Shown: positions 37,317-49,100 of the stretch, one piece after another
Layout of the letters: each line of letters starts with the position of its first letter
Position numbering within the stretch: position 1 is the stretch's first letter
NCBI GenBank assembly: GCA_043228905.1
Contig: JBHGNT010000001.1
Coordinates: 17,422,001-17,486,000, forward strand
Direction of reading: 5' to 3'
DNA length: 64,000 bases
Source of the DNA: Azolla caroliniana
Taxonomy: Eukaryota; Plantae; Polypodiophyta
The notes under the pieces: generated by a model
Database searches by the model: none
Told to the model about the DNA's origin: nothing
What the model saw: the letters and a program-made list of their open reading frames with translations, nothing else
Position numbers and translations under genes: made by a program

Positions 37317-40300
37317 GTAAATATGTTTCTGAGAGCCTATCGAGGTTACATTTGTAAATAGCCAAAAAGTCATACTAGTATAAATATGACTTAGGGCAAA
37401 CTTTTAGTAACTGTTGTTGTCATTTTTTTCTTGTTGGTGCAAGAAGAAGAGAGAGCACGTAATAGTGTACAGAGAGAGAGAGAGAAAGAGGTCGTTGCCT
37501 CTTTTGTAACCGCCGCGTGTGGCGAAGATCTGTGAGCACGAGGTCGTTGCCTCAGTGAACTCACTGTTGTACATTCTCACATAGTGACAGTTTGCAGCCT
37601 GTGGGCTGCCGTGGTTTTTCCCTCTTTGGGTTTTCCACGTAAACCTCCTGTGTATCTTCCTCTCCTTTGTGTCGTGTTTTATTTCCCGTTTTCTGTGTAT
37701 GAAAAGAATCTCGGTTGTGGCCAAGCGTTACGCATAAGGAGCAGTGAGGTCCCGTCAAGTGGTATCAGAGCGAAACGACACAGAAAATGGACGCGCCATG
37801 TTCAAGCTCACCGGCTCCAACTATTCAGTGTGGAAGTCGAAGATGAGGGACATGCTCGTTGTTAAAGACCTATGGCTGCCGGTTCAGTTCGGGGACAAGA
37901 GACCGGACAAAATCGACGCCGCGATATGGGAGGTGATGCACATGAAGACAACGGCATACATACGGTGCTTCATCGACATGAGCCTGTACAACAACTTCAA
38001 TGAAGAGAGCAAGGCTCATGAGCTCTAGGAGAAGATCGACATAATGTTTCAAAACAAAAATGCTGTCAATCAGGTTTCGGTATTCCGGAAGCTAGTAAGA
38101 CTCCGGTACCAAGATGGCTCCAGCATGGCAGAGCATATGAATGCCTTCCAGGGGCTGATACACCAGGCAACGTCATTGGAAGTACCTCTGGCCGATCAGG
38201 TACTAGCGCTACTCCTGCTCGGTTCCCTCCCGGATAGCTGGGAGACGTTGGTTGTCACTTTGGGCAACGCCGGGCCGGAAGGAAAACGGTTATCCCTAGC
38301 AAGAGTAAAGTCGAGCTTGCTAGATGAGGAGGCGCGTCGGAAAGACAAAGATACGAGCTCCGATTCCAAAGCGCTTCTTACCGAATCGGAACGCGGAAGA
38401 TAGAGAAACCGTAGTCCCCAGAACCGGGAGAAGTCGGGGACACGGTCAAAGTCAAGGGGGAGGCCTACTTGCTTCTATTGCGGCAAGCCGGGACACTTCC
38501 AAAAGAACTGTAGGCATTTCCGTAAAGACAAGGAAACCGACGGTACCGATTCGAAGCAAACCCCGGACCGGAACGGTAAAGACCGGAGGGGGCCGGACCG
38601 GAAGGGAACGTCGGCAATCGCGGCAAGTGAAGAAGAGTTGATGCTCATCACCGAGGAGTGTGAGATAAACCTTGCCGGCGACGAGATGACCTAGCTGGTA
38701 GACTCCGGAGCATCGTTCCACCTTACCCCGGACCGGAAATGCTTCTCATCCTACTCAGCCGGTGATCATGGCTGTGTCCGGATGGGGAATGAAGGTACAT
38801 GCCGAATTGTCGGCATAGGAGACGTGTGGCTGTCAACACCAACCGGATGCAAGTTGCTGCTGAAGGATGTCCGACACGTTCCGGAGGTTCGTCTGAACCT
38901 GATATCAGCCGGTCGGCTAGATGATGAAGCCTACACGGGTAGCATCCGGAATGGTGTCATGAAGTTCAGCAAAGGGATCCTGATTGTGGCTCGGGCCCGG
39001 AAGGTAAACACATTGTACCTGATGAATGCCCGGTTATGTCCGGAAGAAGTGAACGTGGCATCCGACACTGCCGGTGAGCTGTGGCACAAGAGGCTGGGTC
39101 ATATGAGCGAGAAGAGGATGAAGAGGCTTGCAGACGACAACCTCATTCCAGTGAAGAACGTGCACGTGGAGAAGTGCACTGATTGTCTGGCTGGTAAGCA
39201 AAACCGGACCTCCTTTCGATCAAGGCCACCGATGAGACGTAATGCACCACTGGAGTTGGTGCATACGGATGTGTGTCATGTAGACACGAAGTCACATGCC
39301 GGAGCGCAGTACTTCGTGACGTTCATAGATGACCACAGCTGGAAGCTGTGGGCCAGACTGTTGAAGACAAAGGACCATGTGTTATCCGTCTTCAAAGAGC
39401 TCCACGCGAGAGTGGAAAGAGAAACCAGCCGGAAGATGAAGGCGGTTCGAGCAGATAACGGAGGAGAGTACCGGGGGCAGTTCGAGGAGTACTACCGCTC
39501 GAAGGGATTCCGGCTCGAATTTACTGTGCCGAAGACGCCAGAACTAAATGGACTGGCCGAGAGGATGAACCGGACCATAATGGAGAGGGTCCGGAGTATG
39601 CTAGCGCATGCAAAACTACCCAAGAAGTTTTGGGCTGAGGCACTGTCGACGGCGACATACGTGATAAATAGATCACCCTCAGTACCCTTGGACGGAGACA
39701 TGCCACAGAGAGTGTGGACCGGTAAGGAAGTATCCTACCGGCATCTGAAGGTGTTCGGGTGTCTCGCTTACGTGCATGTAGGTAAGAACCGGAGAGGTAA
39801 GTTAGATCCAAAGACCCGGCCATGCATATTCCTCGGTTACGGTGACGATGAGTTCGGCTACCGAGTGTGGGACCCGGTCGACAAGAAGGTATTCCAGAGT
39901 CGAGATATTATCTTCATGGAGGACAAGACGCTCGCCGACTGGGAGTCAGAGAAGAAGATAATGAACTCTGAGTCGACCGGTAAGGATAGACTCTATGATG
40001 AGCAGACCCAACCGGCAATCGAGGAACCAGCCGGTTACGGTGAGGATACCGAACCAGCAGAAGAAGAGGTAGAGGAAGCTGATACCGGAACCAGCCAAGA
40101 CCCCGAATTGGATTCGGATGAAGAGCAAATGGAGGAGCTGGTTACCGAAGCCCGAAGACGGAGATATCCTCTTAGAGAGAGAAAGGCCCCTCGGATATTT
40201 CCGGATGCAGAGCATGTTCTGCTGACTGATGAGGGGGAGCCGGAAAGCTTCGAAGAAGTGAAGGAAGACACCCATAGCCGAAAATGGTTAAGTGCCATGC

Positions 40301-42646
40301 AGGACGAGATGGATTCCTTGCATGAGAACCATACATACGAATTGGTGGAGTTGCCGAAAGGAAAGCGGGCACTCCGAAACAAGTGGGTGTACAAGTTGAA
40401 ACCGGGAGATGCCGGCAACCCCCCCAGATACAAAGCCAGGATCGTGGTGAAGGGGTTCCAACAGAAGAAGGGCGTGGACTTTGACGAGATATTTGCCCCG
40501 GTAGTAAAGATGACCTCCATCCGGACGGTGCTGAGTATAGCAGCAAGCATGGACCTCGAGGTAAAGCAGCTGGACGTGAAGACAACATTCCTTCACGGCG
40601 ACCTCGAAGAGGAGATCTACATGCAGCAACCGGAAGGTTTCGTGGAGAAAGGGAAGGAGCACCTGGTATGTCGGTTGAAGAAGAGCCTGTACGGACTGAA
40701 GCAGGCTCCCCGACAATGGTACCGGAAGTTCGACTCCTTCATGACCGATCAAGGGTACCACAAGACGCAGGCCGATCACTGCGTGTTTGTGAAGAAGTTT
40801 GAAGGAGGAGACTTCCTGATACTCCTTCTGTACGTGGATGACATGTTGATCGTCGGACGAGACCAAGTAAAAATACGGATGCTGAAGAAGGCTCTCAACC
40901 GGACCTTCTCAATGAAAGACTTGGGTCCGGCAAGACAGATGCTGGGGATGCACATCATCCGTAACCGGAAAGCGAAGCAATTATGGCTATCACAGGAGAA
41001 GTACGTGACAAAGGTGCTTCACCGGTTCAACATGTCAGATGCAAAACCGGTCGGATCGACACTTCCGGCAAACTGCAGGCTATCCGGTAAGCAAAGCCCT
41101 AAGACGAAAGCAGAGAAGGTGGATATGATGAAGATTCCATATGCCTCTGCCGTCGGGAGCTTGATGTACGCAATGGTTTGTACTCGACCGGACATTGGAT
41201 ACGCAGTCGGAGTGGTGAGCTGGTTTATGAGCAATCCTGGCAAGGAGCACTGGAACGCGGTCAAATGGATACTCCGGTATTTGAAGGGCACTTCAAATAT
41301 GTGTCTCCGATTCGGCTCCGGAAAACCTCAACTGGACGGTTTCACCGATTCGGACATGTTGGCTGATGTGGATACCAGCCGGTCTACATCCGGGTATGTG
41401 ATGACATATGCAGGGGGAGCTGTTTCGTGGTAGTCGAGGCTGCAGAAGACGGTTGCATTGTCAACCACAGAGGCGGAGTACATGGCGGCTGTGGAAGCCG
41501 GCAAGGAAATATTATGGATGAAGAACTTCATGGGAGAGCTCGGTATCCGGCAAGAGGAATACCGACTCTACTGCGACAGTCAAAGTGCCATCCACCTTGC
41601 TAAGAATGCGGCCTACCATTCCCGGACGAAGCATATCCAACGGAGGTATCACTGGATCCGGGAAAGAGTAGATGACCAGGAGTTCGCACTGACGAAGATC
41701 CACACGGCCGAGAATGGGTCAGATATGCTGACCAAAGTGCTGACACCCGACAAGATGGACGCATGCCGGAAGAGGATCGGACTGGTAAGACACCCCATGC
41801 CGGAGTGAAGGGGGAGTTTGTTGGGAGACAGGTCCCTCCGGATGGGAAGGGAGAAGAACAGTGCCGATGAACAAACTCGGTCAAGGCCGAAACCGTATGA
41901 GGAGGATCCGGCTACGGAGAGCCGGATGGTGCAGGCCCGGTATGAACCGGATGAGGAGTACCCGGCTATAGAGAGCCAGATGGTGCAGGCCCGGTATGAA
42001 CCGGATGAAACATATTTACTGTTGGGAGACAGGTCCCTCCGGATGGGATGGGAAACGGTATGAGGAGTACCCGGCTACGGAGAGCCGGATGATACAAGCC
42101 CGGTGTGAACCGGATGAGGAGTACCCGGCTACGGAGAGCCGGATGGTGCAGAACCGGTATGAACCGGAGGAAGAGACATATTCGTAAATATGTTTCTGAG
42201 AGCCCATTGTGACTACATTTGTAAATAGCCGAAAAGTCATATTAGTATAAATATGACTTAGGGCAAACTTTTAGTAATATTTTTTTGTTAGTTGCTGTTA
42301 TTCTTTTTCTTGTTGGTGCAAGAAGAAGAGAGAGCGCGTAACTGTACAGAGAGAGAGAGAGAGAGAGAACGAGGTCGTTGCCTCTGTTGTAACCGCCGCC
42401 TGTGGCGAAGATCGTGAGTCCGAGGTCGTTGCCTCCGTGTACTCACTGTTTTGTACATTCATACATAGTGATAGTTTGCAGCCTGTGGGCTGCCGTGGTT
42501 TTTTCCCCTAATTTGGGATTTTCCACGTTAACCTCCTGTGTACCATTTCTCTTCTTTGTGTCGTGTTCTATTTCCCGTTTTCTGTGTATGAAAAGAATCT
42601 CGGTTGTGGCCGAGTCTTGCGCATAAGGAACGACAAGTTCCCGTCA
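37317..42646 (+). mobile_element. Copia element C4 (family X, Tnt1-like) with rearranged LTRs
   Basis: Partial 5' LTR 37317-37757; PBS 37760-37771; PPT 41807-41816; 3' LTR starts at 41819 and restarts at 42020, ending 42646. Confidence 0.9.
37798..41808 (+). pseudogene. gag-pol of Copia C4
   Basis: MFKLTGSNYSVWK gag; CFYCGKPGH knuckle; DSGA; integrase; YVDD; TKHIQRRYHWIR; a few TAG stops in one frame. Confidence 0.92.
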
Positions 42647-43643
42647 TTTACGAATATGTCTCTTCATCCGGTTCATACCGGGTCTGTACCATCTGGCTCT
42701 CCGTAGCCGGGTATTCCTCATCCGGTCTTCACCGGGTTTGTATCATCCGGCTCTCCGTAGCCGGGTACTCCTCATACGGTTTCGGCCTCGGCCGAGTTTG
42801 TTCATCGGCACTGTTCTTCTCCCTTCCCATCCGGAGGGACCTGTCTCCCAACAAGAAGCCGAGTATATAATAGCATCGGAAGCAGCGAAGGAAGCGATTT
42901 GGCTGCACCAACTGACTGCCGACTTTGGAACTGCAAACCGAATGGACCGACCAACATTGACTATCTATTGTGACTCACAGAGCGCAATACACCTCATCAA
43001 CAACCCCGTCTATCATGCGAAGACGAATCATATTGAGGTGTGGTATCATGATATTCGGGAGCTCGTAATTGAGAAGAAGCTCGAAGTTCGGAAGATTGAC
43101 ACCGAGGTGAACATCGCCGATTGCCTGACGAAGTCACTCCTAGATCAACGCTTCGGAACACTAAGGAAGAAGATGGGAGTACGACAAGCGACTGAGACGA
43201 ATAAAGCCGAACGAGGAGCAGAAGGTAAGAGCTGATCGACACTCATACTATACCTTTTCCGACTCGGCTACTTGCCGATAGACTTGTAATATAAAATCTA
43301 GTTAAATTTGTAATCTAGGTTTACGGGGGAGATAACCCTAAACATTTGTAATTGTACAAAAGAGTAGTCCTTTTACGGGGGAGTTTGTTGGCATAAAAGG
43401 CCGACTCCTTCCACCTTGTATCCGTCTGAGTGTGAACTCGACAATAAGTTAGGGCTTAGTATATAAGAGAATACCTACCATTGTAATGAGTGACGACGAA
43501 GAAAGACGATTGTAATCTCTGAGAGAGAAAAACGTGTTGTGCAGAAATAAGAAGCTTGCAACTGGGTAAGTCTATATCTGCCTTCTCTATCTTCTGTGTG
43601 TATGTTGTTTGTTGTTTGTTGTTCATAACTATACGATCCGAAC

Positions 43644-43963
43644 ACACACTTCCGCATAACTGTCGACATTAAACAACAAGTACCACGTCTCGTTGTTAGG
43701 TAGTCGGACTCAAGGTAAATAGTCGACCAAAGTGTAAAGGGCCAAAAAGCCAAGTGTAGTTATAGTCAAAAGGGGTGATAAGGATGATTGAAGATGGTGG
43801 GGGACACACTTCCGCATAACTGTCGACATTAAACAACAAGTACCACGGCTCGTTGTTAGGTAGTTGGACTCAAGGTAAATAGTCGACCAAGTGTAAAGGG
43901 CCAAAAAGCCAAGTGTAGTTATAGTCGAAAGGGGTGATAAGGATGATTGAAGATGGTGGGGGG
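43644..43963. repeat. 160-bp tandem duplication spanning the C3 LTR end, its TSD and the next LTR start
   Basis: 43644-43803 repeated at 43804-~43963. Confidence 0.9.
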
Positions 43964-45244
43964 GTCGAAGCCGACTATCATGAGTGGGTGAGGAAACTTT
44001 TAGACTAGTTTTTTGTTGTTAATACAGGATTTTCATGGACATTGGCAATATGCCAAGATGGTTGGCTTATCAAGATATTGAACGAAGAAGATTTTAGGTT
44101 TTCTCATTATGATGGGTGTTCATGGTGTGGCGATAGGGATTGAAGCATAATAGTATGATGAGAGGATGAGTGATGATGGTGTGGGGGATGGAAATAGTCT
44201 AGATTTAGTTCGTTTTTAGTTATACAGGAACTTCGTTGATGAACTTCATTGGGAAACAACAATCTGGGTTGGCTATTCAACCAAGACTGGGAGAGCAGGA
44301 TCTTATATTTGAATCAAAGACCTATGAAGCAATGATTTTCCTTTTTGAAATGTTACAAAGAGTCTGACAAATCATCCCTAGATGAACGTATGGTTGTTGC
44401 TGCTCAGTCACCAAAGAAATCTGCAGAAATGTGTAGGTTGGGAGAGTAGGCTGGTTGAGACAAGTGCATGTGAGATAACAGGAAATCCTCTCCTATCAAG
44501 AGCTGTAGTGGAAGTAGTTGGTCATATTGGTCTACGGGGCGGGGATTTTTACCTCTATTTTCTGATGGTGAGGAACAATATATAGGTGTAGAAATAGTAT
44601 TTTCTGGGCATATCTACCATGGTGGCCCTGAAAAGATACTTTTGGAAGCAACGCTGAATGTGATATTTGCATTGAGCAGGACTATGGTGGAGGAGGTGTT
44701 GTTTTCTGTAGGTGAAGCTATTTGTTTTATATGGGGTGGTCTTCATTAGGCCAAAATCTTGAGCCCAGTGTTGTTGAGACTGTTAGAGTTGCACGAGTGC
44801 TCAATAGTTTTCTAGTTAATTATGTTGCATTTTTCTTTGTAATACTGGACTTTTTTGTATATTGCCTTTGGCCACTTTATGTTAATACCAATGGAGGATA
44901 TTTTTTATGGAAAAAAGAAGAAAAAGAATAGTCGAAAGGGCAGGTCAAGTATGAAAGCGGACAAGGATAGTTGAACGAGAAAGTATAATCCCAAATAAAA
45001 ATATTAGGTAGTTTTAGTTATAATTGTTAAGTTTCTTGCCAAATGGCAGTTGTACTTTCATGATATAAGTTTCCCATGCCGCTTAAAAAAAGGGGCATAG
45101 GACAGTGTACATATTATGATCGATATGTAAGTACGTGAATTAATTATAGTTATTTTGATTTGAGTAAACTTTGTGTTGACTCTGTGGTATTCAGTTATAA
45201 TTGTTAATTATTGTGTGAGTCGTTCGGTTGTGGCTGAGCGAACA
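43694..45244 (+). mobile_element. Probable LTR of a further element (TGTTAGG.. start), possibly with an internal insert at ~44020-44930
   Basis: TG start directly after the Copia D gag remnant; candidate end GCGAACA at 45244; no second TSD found. Confidence 0.35.
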
Positions 45245-46147
45245 CCATAGAGTGTCTTAGTACAGACGATCATAATAGTTGATCTGATAATTATGTATAT
45301 GTTATTAAGGCATGATTAAACACTAGGACATTTGAAACAGGTAATATGTCTCATTCCCTTATTGAGAAATACGTGAGATGTCAAGAATTACCTTTTTTGA
45401 ACAAACTCTCAAGAAGCTATCACGCATGCACACATGATTTTTAAAAACATCACTAAACAATGCACTTAATATTTTGAAGATTAAAAATTTAACCTATATT
45501 TGGAAAATTCATATACAAATTTATCCGAATCTTAGATAAGATGACGGGAATGCATCCAACTATAATTGTAATATGCTTCATTGTACATAATGTCAAATTC
45601 GAATCTAACTTAACAAATTTAGAAATGCAATTTTGTTACTATATTTGTCTCTAAAGCTTATAAAGATTGTTATGTCGAGTTTGTAAATAGGATTTTTGGA
45701 TATAATTAGAAAAACTTTCACAAACGAATATCTCACGATATACCACGCATGCCAAAAATAAACTACGAACATTATATGCCAATCATGCATGAACAATGTG
45801 AATGCATTATCATATGAGCAACGACGTTGATTTAATATTATTGTGTTTACTCAAAACTAGTTTATCAAGATTAAAGACAACATAAATCATAGAATAAACA
45901 CTAAATTAAATTATATTAATCGAGAAACAATTATAACTAACATTTGTCATACAATTGATAAGTTAAAATCATCTTTTCAATGGAAATTATACTAAACCAC
46001 ATACTTTACAAGTCAACCTTTGTAAACATATGATAGACACATAAAGTTCGCGACACCAATAGGATAGATTAAAGAAATTATACTCAAACGAAAGGTTCTT
46101 ATATTTCAAAACAATATTTTAGTTACAAATACAAAGTATTATACAAT

Positions 46148-49100
46148 TCACTCCATTAGGAGGTCTGGAAGAGGCTGCTCTCCAACATCAGCTGGTAGTT
46201 GTGTCGTATCCACTTGTTCCGTCTGCACAACTGAATCTTGTGTTTGTTCAGACTCTGGTACATCTTGGAGGTCAACAAGGTCCCCTACTTCTTCGTTTAT
46301 AGGTTCTGTCGGTTCTTTGGATGTCAACTGAAACATCTCCGTTTCATTGATATGCTTTGCCCCAACCTCCTGGTCTTGGTTGGGACAATCCCAAATACCT
46401 TGGATCCTCATTTTAATAAAATTAACTTCCAGCGATGCAGTTCTTGAACAATTTGAGAGCACATGCAATCGTCGTTCCTGAATAAACAATCATACATGCG
46501 TAAGTAAGAAAACAAAGACGAGAAATTCTATTTTATTTTAAGATAAATTAATCACACTGATGAGAATACTTGTTCCAGAGAATAAGTCGAGCACCCAATC
46601 CTCAAGGTTGGAGAACAACTCGACCAATCGATTAATTAATTGCTGGGACTTTTGATAAGGGTTTACTAAACACTTGTTGCCAGAAATGTGGCGCAACTTC
46701 TTCGTTACTGTTGGGCACATGATATAATTTACGATGTTTTGCTCATTCACATGTGCCCGGGCCTTCTTCTTAGAAATTGCATCGTAGCACCCCACACACA
46801 AATGCTCAAATGCTCCACAACGCTCACCATTCGATCGGCTGGGGTACAAGTTATATTCGTCTTAACCCTATTTGTAATGGAATGGAAACAGGCCAATATC
46901 TATATAGTAAGTGCAATGGAAGTTATATATTAAAATGTGAATGTAAATGTGCGGAAGCGTTAGATAGAACCGGCTCAGCCGGATAGCAACAGAGAATAAG
47001 AGGTTTAATGGAAAAGCTTAATACATAAAGAGAGTATACACAGGGGAGACAGAGAGAGCAGAACGTAAAACGTTTATTCAAAATAACTCTCCAACTCTGT
47101 ACATACAATGTGCTAAACATCACTATTTATACAAGTTCATAAAGGACTGATAGAAGTACTGACAGGTACTTAAATATTCCTATCTGCGACTGATACTAAC
47201 TACGAGACAATGATTACCTAGTAGTTTAGGCTACTACTAGGCTTCTAGTTCCCGCTCGAATCCAGCTCTCCGATCCGTCTCCTCGATCCGGCCGGTTGTT
47301 TCCGGATACCATCCGGATACTGATTCGGCTCATCCTTCCGGATGCTGATCCGGCTCAGGCTTCTTTAGCTGATCCGGATCCGGTTGAGCTTGCTCGCTCA
47401 ACCCTCCCCCTCAAGCTCAACTTGAGGTCGGATCGTGGTGTTTGTGTCCGTGGCATCCTGTTCTTCTACCCTGCTCCTTCTGGTGTTGCTCCGCCTCGCT
47501 CGCGTTCCTCGTCTGGTCTGGTCTTGTTTGCCGCGACCCTTCTGGTTTTGCGCAGCTCGATCTCCTCTGTCGGCTTGTTTACTCAACAGGCCCATTTTAG
47601 CTCCCTCGCTGCTGTGATTCCGGCGCTTGTCGCCCCATCGGTTCCTTCGTGTTGGCGTCCACTTCTGCTGCGTCCGTGTTCGTTTGGCCTTTAGTTGATC
47701 CAGCTTCTCCGAATCTTGAACCGAATCGGTTTCCTTCGATTCGTTCCAGCTCTTGTCCGAATCGGTTTCCTTTGATTCGTTCCGGCTCTTGTCCGAGTCA
47801 GTGTTCTCCAACTCGTCTTCCGGTTTCAGGCCCTTCATCATATCAGACGATGTTCGGGTCTTGGCCTTCTCCTTTCGGTCGTCTCTGTCCTTGTTGACTC
47901 AGCCGCCGCTGCTGCTCGTTCCGACTTGTTCGGATGTGCTGACTTCCTTCGTCGACTCAGCCTCCTTTTTTCCTTTGTCTCCCCCTTTGTTGGTCCTTTC
48001 TTCCTCTCCGGCTCCTTGTCTGGTGCCCTCCGTTCCCTTTCCTTTTCTCCCCCTCAAGTGCGGCACATCAAGATGCTGAACACCAAGCATTTCGGTGAAG
48101 TGCTGCAACTTATCCGATCCGAGCGGTTTGGTGAAGATATCAGCAACTTGCCGATCAGTTTGAACATACCGAAGTTCAACGTCACCACTCAAAACCCGCT
48201 CATGCACAAATTGATAATGCACTTCTATGTGCTTTGTCCGAGCATGGAACACGGTGTTCTTGGCGAGCTGAATGCTGCTCATGTTGTCACAGTAGATCAG
48301 GATCGGGGTCGGTACCTCAATCCGCAGGTCTTGCAGCAGTTGCCGAAGCCAGATGGCTTCACAGGTGGCATTGGAAGCGCCCCAATATTCAGCCTCAATG
48401 CTCGACAGAGCCACTGTTGGCCACTTTTTGCTGCTCCATGCAACAACCACGCTACCTAGAAAAAACATGTAACCGGAGGTGGATCGGCGATCGGATGCAT
48501 CACCAGCCCAGTCGGCATCGGTATATTCGACTAGCTTCCTAGCTATACCGTGTCGGTATAACAGTCCCCGATCCTTCGTGCCGTTAACATACCGGAGTAT
48601 CCGGTGTGCGCACTAAAGGTGCTCGACGATCGGCTTCTGCATGAATTGGCTGATCACTCCGACTGGGTAACTGAGGCCGGGTCGAGTGATTGTCAGGTAT
48701 ATGAGGCTTCCGACTATTTGTTGGAACCGTTTCTCATCGCAGGACGATCCGGAGTTGGGATAGAGCTTCTGGTTCCGGTCTAGGGGTGTGGAGACAGGTC
48801 GGCATTCCGTCATGCCAAACTTGTACAACATATTCAACACATAGTGTCGTTGTGAGAGCAATATGCTGTCGGGGGTTTGGATCACCTCGATCCCAAGAAA
48901 ATAATGAAGGTCCCCCAGGTCCTTTTTTTCAAATGCATCTGACAGTTGGGACTTTACTCGGTCGATTTCATTGAGTCCGGGTCTGGTGATGACCAAATCA
49001 TCTTTATAAAGCAAGATGCAAACCAGACCGTCCGAACCTTGCCGGATGAACAATGATGAGTTGGATTTAGAGGTCACAAACCCCGTCTTACGCAACCGGT

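Larger units (their letters stand above)
36754..42853 (-). mobile_element. Minus-strand solo LTR of family X (36754-~37312 and 42647-42853), split by Copia C4
   Basis: Termini TGACGGG.. / ..CCCAACA on the plus strand; TSD AGAAG at 36749-36753 and 42854-42858. Confidence 0.85.
32437..43678 (+). mobile_element. Copia element C3 (Tnt1/Tork-like), interrupted in RNase H
   Basis: LTRs 32437-32735 and 43386-43678; TSD AGTAC; PBS 32738-32749; decayed gag-pol 32832-36753 and 42854-43235. Confidence 0.92.

Noticed and set aside
44020-44930. Possible LINE 3' fragment ending in an A-rich tail
   Set aside because: No clear RT or zinc-finger motif and no TSD could be read.
46148-46947. MTase as bacterial contamination or a recent bacterial insert
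   Set aside because: It has spliceosomal introns, a plant Copia inserted in one of them, and is contiguous with plant TE sequence.
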